A stretch of 64,000 nt of DNA from the IMG/VR virus record IMGVR_UViG_2851188095_000001, positions 2,846 to 66,845 of that record. The stretch is one strand, 5' to 3'. Of the stretch, positions 18,163-27,834 are shown one piece after another. The DNA is from a virus. Its lineage: Duplodnaviria; Caudoviricetes. The translations under genes were made by a program, and so were the position numbers. Each line of letters starts with the position of its first letter. The first letter of the stretch is position 1. A model generated the notes under the pieces. It saw only the letters and a list, made by a program, of their open reading frames with translations. It was not told where the DNA came from and searched no databases.

Positions 18163-19726
18163 CCTGCTCCACCTCCGGTTTCTGCGCATTAAAAATGGAC
18201 GAGTCCACCGTCCCATTCGCGGTTTCTTCGTCCTTTTCGATACGCGCCATAATCTCGCGCGCCTTGTCGTCATCGACTTCGGAAAGATGCTTGATCGCGG
18301 ATTGAACATCAATCGTCGGCTTTCCGCCCAATCGAATCGCCATCGTTTCTGCTTCGGTCTTTTCGTCACGCGGAATCCCGTCGCGCCAACTAATCGTAGG
18401 GTAAACGGGTTCGTACGGCACAAATCCGTCGACACCTTCATTCGTGTAGTTTTCAAGTAATTGCGCCGTCCACAGCGCGTCACGGAATGCGCGATCTACG
18501 TGCGAGCGAATCCGCTTGACTTTCGAAAGGATAGGCATGAATCGCGCCTTAATTGCGGCACCGTCCGTGTGCGACGTACCAGTTCCGCCACTGTCCGGAG
18601 TAAGCGTAGTACCGAATAGCCATTGCGGCGTCTCACTCACCTGGAACACGAGTCCGAGGAGTAAGTCGAGTTCCTTGAACGCGCCGTCTAACTGCGAGTT
18701 CCACGTCATATATCCTGGAGCTACGTCATTCTTATCAACGGGTATGTAGCGACCGCTGAATCGCGTCTCTGCTTCGCCTAAGTCCGGACCATACGCGGTC
18801 GGGTCCGAGTGCTTCCACAGAATATAGTCGATTTGGACAAGCCGGTCGTTTATCGCGGCCAGAACGGACTCTAGCTTTTCGATACCGCTAATTCCCGCCC
18901 AATTGTCGTCTGTCGTTTTGTACGGAACATGAAATACGGGAATGTGCGTCAGACCCGTCTGGATGACGTTCTCATCGCGTCCAGTTTCGACCTGCTCCGT
19001 TATAGTAAACGTCTGAATCGGCGCGTCATACGTGGTGTCTACGCTCTTAGGCGTCATGCGATAGCGCTCGTACAGGATGAGTCCGGGAACGTGGCGCTCG
19101 ACCACGAGATACGGGACCTCTTCGATGTCAGGTTGTTTGGCTAACGTATACTTTTGGATACCGGGTTTCGTTGACTCTGTAACCCATTCGACATACGCGA
19201 TATTGACCGCTTTGAACCGTTTGCGCGAACCGCGAGACAACTCCGGGAATACGTACGAGGAGTCGACCGCTTCGATAATCGGCTCGGGCTGTGCGCTCAC
19301 TTCGTAACCTGCTGGAACCTCCGACATGTCCTGGCGGATCGCGTGATAAACCTTGATCCACGCGTCACCCCGGATGCCGGCGCCGATTACGATTTCGTGT
19401 CCGAGTTGGTTCATATCGTTCTCTTCAACGATCGAGTTAAGGCGCTTCTGTTCCGTAGAGGCATCGGGCTTACCGGACTCGTATAACGGAGGCTCACCGA
19501 ACATTAAATCGGCAGGCTTCGAAAGTAACGTGTCCATCAGATTGACCGCAACATAAAGCTTACGGAGTTGCGGTGCGTGCGGCGTGTCCTTTAGGATATC
19601 CGATGCGCGTTCGAGAACTTCCGCTTGCTTACCGTCGAAAATCTTGCGGCCGCGGTACTCTTTGGATAGGCGTTCGATTGCGTTTTTCGGCGGGAACTGC
19701 GCCCCGACTTCGAATAGTTTAGCGAT
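18155..19726 (-). CDS. Portal protein (probable ATC start)
   Basis: SPP1-like portal features, follows TerL; AGGAGG RBS precedes ATC ATC GCT (track start 19765 lacks RBS). Confidence 0.85.
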   Translation of the reverse strand: MAKLFEVGAQFPPKNAIERLSKEYRGRKIFDGKQAEVLERASDILKDTPHAPQLRKLYVAVNLMDTLLSKPADLMFGEPPLYESGKPDASTEQKRLNSIVEENDMNQLGHEIVIGAGIRGDAWIKVYHAIRQDMSEVPAGYEVSAQPEPIIEAVDSSYVFPELSRGSRKRFKAVNIAYVEWVTESTKPGIQKYTLAKQPDIEEVPYLVVERHVPGLILYERYRMTPKSVDTTYDAPIQTFTITEQVETGRDENVIQTGLTHIPVFHVPYKTTDDNWAGISGIEKLESVLAAINDRLVQIDYILWKHSDPTAYGPDLGEAETRFSGRYIPVDKNDVAPGYMTWNSQLDGAFKELDLLLGLVFQVSETPQWLFGTTLTPDSGGTGTSHTDGAAIKARFMPILSKVKRIRSHVDRAFRDALWTAQLLENYTNEGVDGFVPYEPVYPTISWRDGIPRDEKTEAETMAIRLGGKPTIDVQSAIKHLSEVDDDKAREIMARIEKDEETANGTVDSSIFNAQKPEVEQDA

Positions 19727-19755
19727 GATGGCGTCCTCCTTTCGTATCGATTGCG

Positions 19756-21456
19756 TTATAACCACGCTGGTTTATCTGTTACGCGTTTTCTACGTTGGCT
19801 CGTCGCGTCGTACGCCATATGCAGCGCGTCCGGTCCGTCATCGTGATTGTGGTTTGGGTAAAGCTCGAGCATTTCGATAAGTAGCCGTTGTTCACGTTTA
19901 AATCGAATCTTTCCGTTCTGAATGTCTGGTAACAACGACTCAATCCGGAGTGCCTTCCGCATCCGCTGTTTTATTTCTTTCAGCCGACCGTGTGTCGGAT
20001 AGCCGCGTCTCCGTAATTCCTCCGCTAACTTATGCGCGAACCACTCCTGCGCTTGCTGTGCTTCGACTGCTAGCCCTTCGTATTGAAAGCGAACCGCACG
20101 CTCAACAACTTCCTGTAACAGAACGTCCGGGTGCACTCGCTTGAGGAATACGTCCGTAACGTAACAAACGCCCGTATCGCGATTGCGACCGAGCGTAATG
20201 ATGGCGGAATAGTCGCCCTTCTCTTTTCCCATCGCGAAGTCGACCGCACCGAAGTAATCGAGCGTAATGTGTTCGAGGTCACTGTCGGTGTAATACGTAA
20301 ACGTCTCCGGATTGAAAATCTGCGATTCCTCGTCGACCGGGTTTCCGAGGTACTCCTGGTTGAATGCCCGCGCGCCCATCGCCTCGCGCTTCTCCATGAA
20401 AAACTTGTAGGAGTATCGCGGCCACAACGTCTTCGTTCCGCGAAGCAGTTCCATTTCATTCTCTGCGTAAAATGCGTCCGCATTCCGTTTCGCGTCCGAA
20501 CTGTCTTCGTTATAAATCCGCCGCCACTCTTCCCACAAGTCCTCGCGCTCTGACCACGATAAGATAGCCGGAAACTTGCGTGATATGAAGTCCTTACGCT
20601 TGGTGAGAACGTGGTTGAGTAAGCTGTCGTAATGGACAATCGTTCCCATGTAAACGCATAGTCCGCCGAATCCAAGTGCTTCGAGCATCTCTGACCGGAA
20701 CCAGTGCAGGTTCTTCGCGCGCAATTCGGTAGTATTCGTATTCTCTCCGGATTCCAAATCGTCGAGGAGAAACAAGTCCGGGCGCGTCGAGCCGTGACGG
20801 AGTCCACGCATTTGCGTCCCCATACCCTTCGCTTCGACTTTCGTGCCCGTCGTCGTAACGAACTCATATTTGTTATCTGTATCGTTCATCGATTTCTTTT
20901 CGTGAAGGAGTTCGCCGAAATCCTCGCGTAGCTTCTCGTTAAAAACGAGCTGATTCCGCGCCCACTGGATGAAGTCGCCCGCCACGTCCGTCGTTTCCGA
21001 TACCTCAACGATATAACGCTTGTGGCGGAAAGCTACGTTCTTGCAGAGGAATCCGTTGGATAAGTACGCCGTCTTCGCGTGGTTACGTCCGACTGACCAC
21101 GCTACGTTTTCGGATACGTTGCCGCGAGTGATCTCGTCGAGCAACGCGCAGAGCTCGCGGTGGAAGTCCGCTGCGTTTTCGTAATCAACGCCCGCCGGAA
21201 TCAGATTGTCCTGGTTACCGGGATTGCGCGCCTCCGAAAAGTATTCGTACATGAACAGGAGTGTATCGTATTCACACGCATGGACGCGCTGTAGCTTCAC
21301 CAGTTCCGCGTCGAGCATCTCCCACTGGTCAACGTCATAATCCGTTAGGTCGCCTGCTTCCGCCAGTACGTTATATTGCGCAATGACGTCGATTCTACGG
21401 TCGATTTCCGCCTGACGCGCAGGGCGATCGTACCACTTACCGTTAAGGAACGCCAA
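19756..21456 (-). CDS. Terminase large subunit
   Basis: RNHAKT Walker A, RPDLFLLDD, FNQEY, VDFA, HDDGPDA. Confidence 0.93.
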   Translation of the reverse strand: MAFLNGKWYDRPARQAEIDRRIDVIAQYNVLAEAGDLTDYDVDQWEMLDAELVKLQRVHACEYDTLLFMYEYFSEARNPGNQDNLIPAGVDYENAADFHRELCALLDEITRGNVSENVAWSVGRNHAKTAYLSNGFLCKNVAFRHKRYIVEVSETTDVAGDFIQWARNQLVFNEKLREDFGELLHEKKSMNDTDNKYEFVTTTGTKVEAKGMGTQMRGLRHGSTRPDLFLLDDLESGENTNTTELRAKNLHWFRSEMLEALGFGGLCVYMGTIVHYDSLLNHVLTKRKDFISRKFPAILSWSEREDLWEEWRRIYNEDSSDAKRNADAFYAENEMELLRGTKTLWPRYSYKFFMEKREAMGARAFNQEYLGNPVDEESQIFNPETFTYYTDSDLEHITLDYFGAVDFAMGKEKGDYSAIITLGRNRDTGVCYVTDVFLKRVHPDVLLQEVVERAVRFQYEGLAVEAQQAQEWFAHKLAEELRRRGYPTHGRLKEIKQRMRKALRIESLLPDIQNGKIRFKREQRLLIEMLELYPNHNHDDGPDALHMAYDATSQRRKRVTDKPAWL

Positions 21457-21457
21457 T

Positions 21458-21913
21458 TTATACGTCCCCTTTCGTCGGTAGCGATTCCGCCCTCTCTTTC
21501 AGGCGTGCGAGGCGGTCTTCGAGAGATTGCGCGGAGCCTGCGTCGTCTGTCGTGATCTCCTGGCGGTCGATGAGCAGTCCTCCGAATTTGTAGAACAGCT
21601 CGATCCCCTTCATAGAGCCCTGCCCTTTAATCGTCATGTCCAGATGCTTCTCCATAATCTGCGGAAGGTGCGACATAAACGCGTCCGCGGACAGTTCGTT
21701 CGTATACGCTATAAAATCGCGGTTGTGATGTCGCCATTTATACAACGCGCTAATCGAGCAACGCGCCTGCTCCGCGATTTCATCGAGCGTCATACGCCCC
21801 TGTTCGCCAGCTTCCGGATTACGTGGCAGGAAATTGTTGATCGCGAGTAAACGGGCGGCGTCGATCTGTTCGCGGGTGAGCTTTGATTCGAGTTTACGTA
21901 GGTCTTTCGCCAT
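21458..21913 (-). CDS. Terminase small subunit (phBC6A51-type HTH)
   Basis: TLDEIAEQ..SALYKWR HTH, KGIELFYK; abuts TerL. Confidence 0.82.
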   Translation of the reverse strand: MAKDLRKLESKLTREQIDAARLLAINNFLPRNPEAGEQGRMTLDEIAEQARCSISALYKWRHHNRDFIAYTNELSADAFMSHLPQIMEKHLDMTIKGQGSMKGIELFYKFGGLLIDRQEITTDDAGSAQSLEDRLARLKERAESLPTKGDV

Positions 21914-22990
21914 GATATCGTCTCCTTTCGTTGGTTAGCGGACGGCTCCGCTTGTTCGAACGTAAAAAGAAGCTACCGATAGGCGTTCGGTAACTTACGT
22001 TTAAGTTCGAGGGATATTCGGTTAGACCCGGAGGTTTAAAACCTGTAAGAAAGCGTTCGGGGCCAGACTGGGTGATTTTCAGCGACCGCCTTGGGGGATT
22101 ATTGTCAGAATATTCGCGGGTGTTTGCGCAATCGCGACTATTCATCGTGTGCATAAACATACACTGTTCGCATTTTGTTTGCGTCCGATAATATTGATTA
22201 TGAACCACCCGCTAACATTACGTAAGCTCCAACAAACTGCGTCGTATCAACGTTTGTACGCATTTCCGAAGGTTACATAAAACGTTATGCATACGCCCGA
22301 TTCCGTGCATAAACGGAGAACCGTGTTATATCAACGTTTATACACCGCCTGCATAACGTGCATAACCGTATATACATTGCATAACGGATGCATAAACGTT
22401 GTCAGAATCGTGTGGATTACGGACACAATTCGGAGTAGGGTCGATGTTTTCCGGGCACGTCCGTGCGGAACGCTCGTGCGGATATTTACGGGTTGATTGC
22501 GTCAGCATTTCGGTACATTCCGTTACGACTCCGCCACGCATCGCTTCTATATATGGCGCGAGAAAACGGCATATGTACGGACAGTACCGATTTACCTATA
22601 CGGACCATTACGGAAAGCCCACAACATCATTCCGCCTGCAATCGCGAGTAATAGCGTAATCAGTCCGACAGGAACTCCGATAAGCCATACGACCCATAAC
22701 GGTATAGTGAACGTCATATAACGTGATACCCCCGTTTCTATATACTTCTTCGAATAAGCTAAAGGTGTCTTAATACTGCGCGGCGGCTCCGCCTTGCGCC
22801 CTCGCCTAACGGCTCGGTATCACTCTTTTACCGCGCCAAATCTATTACATGTAGTTCATTCGCGATAAATAGATGATGGTGCAAGGCTCGCCGCAGCACT
22901 CGGCGTTAGCCGATATTCTCTAAGATAAAGAGAAGAAAATCGTCAAAAACCGCCTTCCGCCCTACAGCGCCAAGGCTCGGAGCCACTTCG

Positions 22991-23050
22991 AATAGGTGCG
23001 GTTTTGACCTTACTGAACGGGGTAATAGGTGCGGTTTTGACCTTACTGAA
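22991..23050. repeat. Perfect 27-bp direct repeat x2 (period 33 bp)
   Basis: AATAGGTGCGGTTTTGACCTTACTGAA at 22991-23017 and 23024-23050. Confidence 0.9.
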
Positions 23051-23894
23051 ACGTCTTCCTCCGGTGCTCCTCGAACATCCTCCGCACGACCCTCGTATAC
23101 TCATCCTCGTATTCCTTGCGGAACATCACGTCAGGATGTACGAGATAGTGCGTAGTGTTCCGGCTTCCCGTCGTCATCAGCACGCCTTTGCTCCGCAATT
23201 TCCCGACCAATTCCGTTACCGTCTGCGGATCGTGTCCGATCTTCTCCGCGAGCTGTTCGCGATTCAAGTGGCGGATAACCTCCGGATTCTCTTCGTCAGG
23301 ATTTTCGCAGAGATAGTACGTTTGGTAGTGGAAGAACGGAAGTATCTTGTAGAGTAGTCCGATTTCACTTAACGTTAATTCCTCCGCAATCTCTCGCGCC
23401 TTCACCTGGTACAATTTCGTAAATGACGCGCCCTCGACTACGTCGCCCATCGAATGGAAATCGACGCTAATATAGTACACGTTACTGCGCCCTTCCTTTT
23501 CGCACGTAATGACGCGAAGCTTCTCTAGCTGCGCGAGAATATCGATCGTCTGCCGTTTCTTGCGTCCCAATATCCGCGCGATATCCGCCTGCTTAAGCGG
23601 CTTGCCGTCCGCAACGAGTTTGCCCGCGCTTTTAAAACGTAAAAACGGAAGCAGCTTGATTAGCGCTCCCGCCTCGATCAGCGATAAGTCTCGGACGATT
23701 CCGAGTATGGCTTCGTGATAGCACGCGACCCAGTTGAGTCCGCGATAGGTCAGTTTCATGCGTTCGCGCTCGAAGTGTTGGCGCGCTGTCTCACGTTGCT
23801 CTTCCGTTCTGTATGTGACACCGGAGCCGTCCGGTATAAAAGTTCCGATTTCGCCCGTTTCCGGATTGTATGTGCGTTGGACTACGTTACTCAT
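23043..23894 (-). CDS. Tandem winged-helix protein, RepL-like
   Basis: Two similar halves (LSLIEAGALIKLLPF / LTLSEIGLLYKILPF), each with HTH and wing. Confidence 0.65.
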   Translation of the reverse strand: MSNVVQRTYNPETGEIGTFIPDGSGVTYRTEEQRETARQHFERERMKLTYRGLNWVACYHEAILGIVRDLSLIEAGALIKLLPFLRFKSAGKLVADGKPLKQADIARILGRKKRQTIDILAQLEKLRVITCEKEGRSNVYYISVDFHSMGDVVEGASFTKLYQVKAREIAEELTLSEIGLLYKILPFFHYQTYYLCENPDEENPEVIRHLNREQLAEKIGHDPQTVTELVGKLRSKGVLMTTGSRNTTHYLVHPDVMFRKEYEDEYTRVVRRMFEEHRRKTFQ

Positions 23895-24139
23895 CAGCGA
23901 TCACCTCGCGGAAGAACGCAAATACTCGCTGGGCCTACGAACATGTTCCCGTCAATCATAGCGGAAAACCCCGTAGACAATTCGAACCTCTCCGCTCGAT
24001 CCCATGGACCAATCGCAAGTTCACGTTGAATCTCCGTCATACAATTACCAATCTCTTTCGCGGTGTGATAATCGTTCGCTCTGAGCGCAATTAACCGATC
24101 CAGATACGCGATCAAATCGTCTACTCTTCGTTTTTCCAT
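23894..24139 (-). CDS. Hypothetical protein
   Basis: RBS, coupled to downstream gene. Confidence 0.55.
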   Translation of the reverse strand: MEKRRVDDLIAYLDRLIALRANDYHTAKEIGNCMTEIQRELAIGPWDRAERFELSTGFSAMIDGNMFVGPASICVLPRGDR

Positions 24140-24256
24140 CGTCAGTCATCGTCCTCTCTCGTAATAAATAAGCGCCACTTACTCGCGCTCTAGCGTCAGG
24201 ATACGCAAACTAAATAAGACGCCGGACACTCACGTCCGACGCCCGATTAGGCTGCG

Positions 24257-24700
24257 TTAATCCACGTTTATCAATATCCGTACGGGGCCCGTTATTTCTT
24301 CCGTAGTCGTCTGTCCAATTCCGTAAATGTCGGAAGTGAGGCGCACATATCCGTTCGGTGTGAGTACGATTTCTCTTACGCCCATTCGCCGCACCAATTC
24401 ATCCGTAAGTTCACGCGTTGAGTAATCGGAGAGTGTGCGCTCCCTCGTCGCCTCATTTACGGCAGCCAACGAACGCACCGCCGCATCAGCTTCGCGCCTG
24501 AGCGCCTTCAGTCCTGTTAGCGCGTCCGATACGTCTACGTTGAGTTTGACGGTGAGATCGCGAATAGGAGAGATGCGTTCACCTGCTTGAAGTTGAGCGC
24601 AGTATCCGCTGTTACCCGATAACTCCGTATAACCTACGATTCTCTTTTCGCCGGACGCTCCGTTAACGATTACGTCTGACTCGCGGTCAAATTTACCCAT
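24257..24700 (-). CDS. Hypothetical protein with BC1881-like C-terminus
   Basis: LSDYSTRELTDELVRR...GPVRILINVD. Confidence 0.6.
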   Translation of the reverse strand: MGKFDRESDVIVNGASGEKRIVGYTELSGNSGYCAQLQAGERISPIRDLTVKLNVDVSDALTGLKALRREADAAVRSLAAVNEATRERTLSDYSTRELTDELVRRMGVREIVLTPNGYVRLTSDIYGIGQTTTEEITGPVRILINVD

Positions 24701-24833
24701 GTCACAACGCCCCACTTTCGTATAGTTGGCGCAATGAATCCGCGCCTTAACGTACATAAAGCCAAAGGATTACGTAAACAAAAAGAAAAACACCGGTGCA
24801 CGACCGATGTCCTTCGTTTTGATTGCGTTAAAG

Positions 24834-25055
24834 TTATGCTTGATTGTAGAGATTCGGCCCATTAATGAGTCCGATTGAGTACTTAATCGTTTTCCCGTAA
24901 TTAAATTTACTGATTCTAACCTCATAACCCTCTTCATTGGGATTTTTCAACTCTTGCTTTAGCTGTCCGACGGTTTTTGTTTTTCTACCAGACTCTAAAA
25001 GGTCTATCATTTCCATATCATCCGGGAGCTCACTCAAACAATCAATTAATTGCAT
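24834..25055 (-). CDS. AT-rich hypothetical protein (moron)
   Basis: GGAGG RBS, own promoter, lower GC. Confidence 0.7.
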   Translation of the reverse strand: MQLIDCLSELPDDMEMIDLLESGRKTKTVGQLKQELKNPNEEGYEVRISKFNYGKTIKYSIGLINGPNLYNQA

Positions 25056-25104
25056 TTACAATACCTCCCTCCCACAACCAATCATAACATACTGATATGT
25101 CTCA

Positions 25105-25169
25105 ACATTACACCGACACCTTTAACGTGTCAACAACTTTTTGACACCTTTTTCGTGTCGGTGTATAAT
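25105..25169. promoter_or_regulatory. Back-to-back divergent SigA promoters forming an inverted repeat
   Basis: Plus: TTGACA(25141)-17-TATAAT(25164); minus: TTGACA(25133)-17-TAATGT; both contain GTGTCGGTGTA. Confidence 0.85.
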
Positions 25170-25192
25170 CGGACATATACGGAGGTGCCACG

Positions 25193-25399
25193 ATGACTTT
25201 ACGCTCTAACCTAAAGGCGCTCGCAGATGCACGCGGCGTATCAATCCGCGAAATTGCCCGTAGTATCAGTTACCGTTTCGACTCCGTCCGCGCCATGTAT
25301 AACGACGAAATGGAGCGATATCCCCGCGATCTCCTTGCGAAGTTGTGCGTCTACTTTAACGTTACAATTGCGGATCTCCTCGTTTTTGAAACGGAGTGA
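25193..25399 (+). CDS. XRE/Cro-like HTH regulator
   Basis: LKALADARGVSIREIA...KLCVYFNVTIADLL. Confidence 0.85.
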   Translation: MTLRSNLKALADARGVSIREIARSISYRFDSVRAMYNDEMERYPRDLLAKLCVYFNVTIADLLVFETE

Positions 25400-25517
25400 G
25401 TCCTTCCAGCGTTCGAGCCACGAACTCATTCGCGATCCCAACGCTAGGACCCGCCGAAGCAGGTCGCTTGCAGAGCGAAATGGCGTTTTTAACCGTAGCC
25501 AGCGGCGAGTTAACGGT

Positions 25518-25610
25518 TTACCAGCCGGGGCCACCGTCAGCGAATGCGCTGGATGCTACGGACAGTGCCGCGACGATTGCGAAGAATGTTGCGATGGCGA
25601 ATTTTTTCAT
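25518..25610 (-). CDS. Orphan signalling propeptide MKKFAIATFFAIVAALSVASSAFA-DGGPGW (30 aa)
   Basis: GGAGGT RBS; Sec signal ending A-F-A; C-terminal DGGPGW identical to the 48829-48948 propeptide. Confidence 0.85.
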   Translation of the reverse strand: MKKFAIATFFAIVAALSVASSAFADGGPGW

Positions 25611-25755
25611 ACGTAATTACCTCCGTTTGGTCCGCTAGTGCGGCCGTTTATTTTGCGTTGCGTATGCGCGCCTCGTCCGGATGGTACTGGAGTCATCGGC
25701 AAAGCGTCTTCGTAAGCTATAGTTAACTATTGGCGCGAATGTTACGGATATTGCG

Positions 25756-26286
25756 CTAAATCGGTACGCTCTCGTACGACTTTTCGCCCCATTGTAGGAA
25801 ACGGAGCCCTCCGCCACCGTAGCGTTTCTTGCCGTATTTGAACGCGCTGTAGTGGCGCTGTCGGTCCGCATTCCTTATCTGCGCGTTTTCGTTTACGAAC
25901 GCATCCTCCCATTTATTGCGGAGTCTTCGCGTTGGCTTGCGGTGGTCAACGCCGTTTGCGTCAAGCGATTCGGCTGCGCGGTCGAGTGACGTTTCGTTAT
26001 TGCGGCGGCGAGCGAATTGGCTTTCGCTTAGAAACGGATACTCAGTTCGCGTAACCTTGTCTGGATGCTTGTCCGTTAACTCTTCGTTCAGTATCAGGTC
26101 CGCCAGGCGGTCGAGCTCGGCTCCCTCCGGCATCTCTCCAATACATGCGAAATACTCGTCAACTAGCGCTTGGATCGCGCTTATTCTCGCTTGTCTGTCC
26201 GCGATTAGGGTATCGAACATTCCGGTGACTGCTGCGGAGAACTCCGTTTTATAATCGAGATTACCGCGAAATCTAGGCTGCGTCAT
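25756..26286 (-). CDS. Phage hypothetical protein
   Basis: LDRLADLIL.EEL.DKHPDKV..EYPFLS; GGAGG RBS. Confidence 0.7.
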   Translation of the reverse strand: MTQPRFRGNLDYKTEFSAAVTGMFDTLIADRQARISAIQALVDEYFACIGEMPEGAELDRLADLILNEELTDKHPDKVTRTEYPFLSESQFARRRNNETSLDRAAESLDANGVDHRKPTRRLRNKWEDAFVNENAQIRNADRQRHYSAFKYGKKRYGGGGLRFLQWGEKSYESVPI

Positions 26287-26677
26287 TTTCTTCCTCCTCC
26301 GTCATTTCGTATACGATCACATCTCCGTATTCCCACTTTTTGAATACCGCCGCAATCCGTTCCAGTGCGTATGTTAGGAGTTCGGATACATTCGATTTGT
26401 TCAGCGTCATTTCGGTGCCAGCAGATGCATACGTCATATCACGCTCATACACCCAGTACATTGCCTCGCGTTGGCGCGCAGTTAGCTTTGCACGAGTGAT
26501 TGCGGTGTTTAAATCGCTGATCAAGTCGGACGCGGCGAAATCTCCGCTCAAGAAGCGTCGCTCACGTAATCGGTGAATATCGCGGAGAATGGCGTGCACA
26601 CCGTCACGGTCATTCAGCGCATACCTAACGCTATACTCACGGTGTCCTTTCGTTATATCAACGGCACATGCGCCCAC
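26273..26677 (-). CDS. Sigma-70 region-4-like HTH regulator (probable late activator)
   Basis: LTARQREA..VY..MT..AG..M...VS; position before packaging module. Confidence 0.7.
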   Translation of the reverse strand: MGACAVDITKGHREYSVRYALNDRDGVHAILRDIHRLRERRFLSGDFAASDLISDLNTAITRAKLTARQREAMYWVYERDMTYASAGTEMTLNKSNVSELLTYALERIAAVFKKWEYGDVIVYEMTEEEENDAA

Positions 26678-27834
26678 TAGCTCGCCTCCCCCGATCGCTT
26701 TTTCTTTCCGCGTTTGTCCATGCCTACGCTATCAAACGCACACGGCCGCAGCTCCAGGACCATTTCTAATCGCGCGATTATTGCGTCTTGTGTCGGCTCG
26801 TCTACGATTCCGAACGCACTCATCTCGGCTATTAGCGAGTCACGCTCTGTCTCGTCCATTTCTGCGATAAGTACCCGCGCGAATCCGAGTTGGAACAGCA
26901 TCGCACGGAACACTCTCGGGAACACCTGCCGCAAGTATCGGAGATACCCGCGCTTAATCGGAATGGGACACGCCTGGCAGCCGGTTCGCGGCATGAACAC
27001 GTTATAACCCTGCGCCACCAGTTCTTGCGCTGTTTCGCGGTCGACCACGAGCGCGTTTCCGCTGTACTTATCATCGATTACCGCGTTTAAATCGTAGATC
27101 GGATTATACGGAATCGCGTATTTCTTAACGTAGCCCCATACGTCTTCCTGACGGTTGTTTCCGTAATTGAACGAGTCGGAGAGCGACGTCCACCACAGGA
27201 TCGGCCGCACCACCCACGTTTTCCATTCAGCACGGGAGTAGTAGATTTCACCGTCACGCCGAGCAGACATCCATCGTTGGCGCGATTCACCCGCACGTAC
27301 TCCGTTGAACATTAGGTGCCATCCATGCGCGCGAATCGCCTTGCGCATCGGCTGGTGCTTCAAATGGTGGCAACATTTTTCGATGACCGGCTTTCCGGCT
27401 GAACGGTCGCTCTTACGTTTGAATAGCGAATCGACCCTGTTCTCTTCGTAAACCTTCGTTAGTGTCGTCAGTGGACGTGCTTCTATCGTGTTAAGTCTCC
27501 ACTCTTCTGTAAGTTCCTTCGCATACTTGCGTGTCTGAGGATACTCATTAAGCGTGTTGTTCCATACGGTATCGAACGTTACTCCAAGTTTTTCCGCGAC
27601 TCTCTTCACGAGATGAAGTGTTACGATCGAGTCGATCCCGAACGAGCAGGATACGACAATGCGCGCGTCATCCCCATAATCGTTCCGGACTTTTACGATA
27701 GCCTGCTCGATGAACGTGAGGGCGCGCTGTTCCTTATCTCCGAGCGACGCCGTATTATGCCAGGACTCTAATGCAATAACGTCCGTCTTGTTCAGACGCG
27801 AGTTCTCTTTCGTCAGTAAATCGTAATATGACAT
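26677..27834 (-). CDS. PAPS reductase-family (PP-loop) protein
   Basis: SCSFGIDS, CCHHLK, GVRAGES..R, RPILWW, RTGCQACP. Confidence 0.85.
   Translation of the reverse strand: MSYYDLLTKENSRLNKTDVIALESWHNTASLGDKEQRALTFIEQAIVKVRNDYGDDARIVVSCSFGIDSIVTLHLVKRVAEKLGVTFDTVWNNTLNEYPQTRKYAKELTEEWRLNTIEARPLTTLTKVYEENRVDSLFKRKSDRSAGKPVIEKCCHHLKHQPMRKAIRAHGWHLMFNGVRAGESRQRWMSARRDGEIYYSRAEWKTWVVRPILWWTSLSDSFNYGNNRQEDVWGYVKKYAIPYNPIYDLNAVIDDKYSGNALVVDRETAQELVAQGYNVFMPRTGCQACPIPIKRGYLRYLRQVFPRVFRAMLFQLGFARVLIAEMDETERDSLIAEMSAFGIVDEPTQDAIIARLEMVLELRPCAFDSVGMDKRGKKKRSGEAS

Noticed and set aside
20070-20867. Long alternative-frame and antisense ORFs (also 9359-10132, 12018-12551, 44960-45577, 52631-53221)
   Set aside because: Shadows of well-supported genes in GC-rich sequence; no RBS or motifs
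22991-23050. Mini CRISPR array
   Set aside because: Only two repeats with a 6-bp gap; no cas operon. The Cas4-like nuclease sits in replication context
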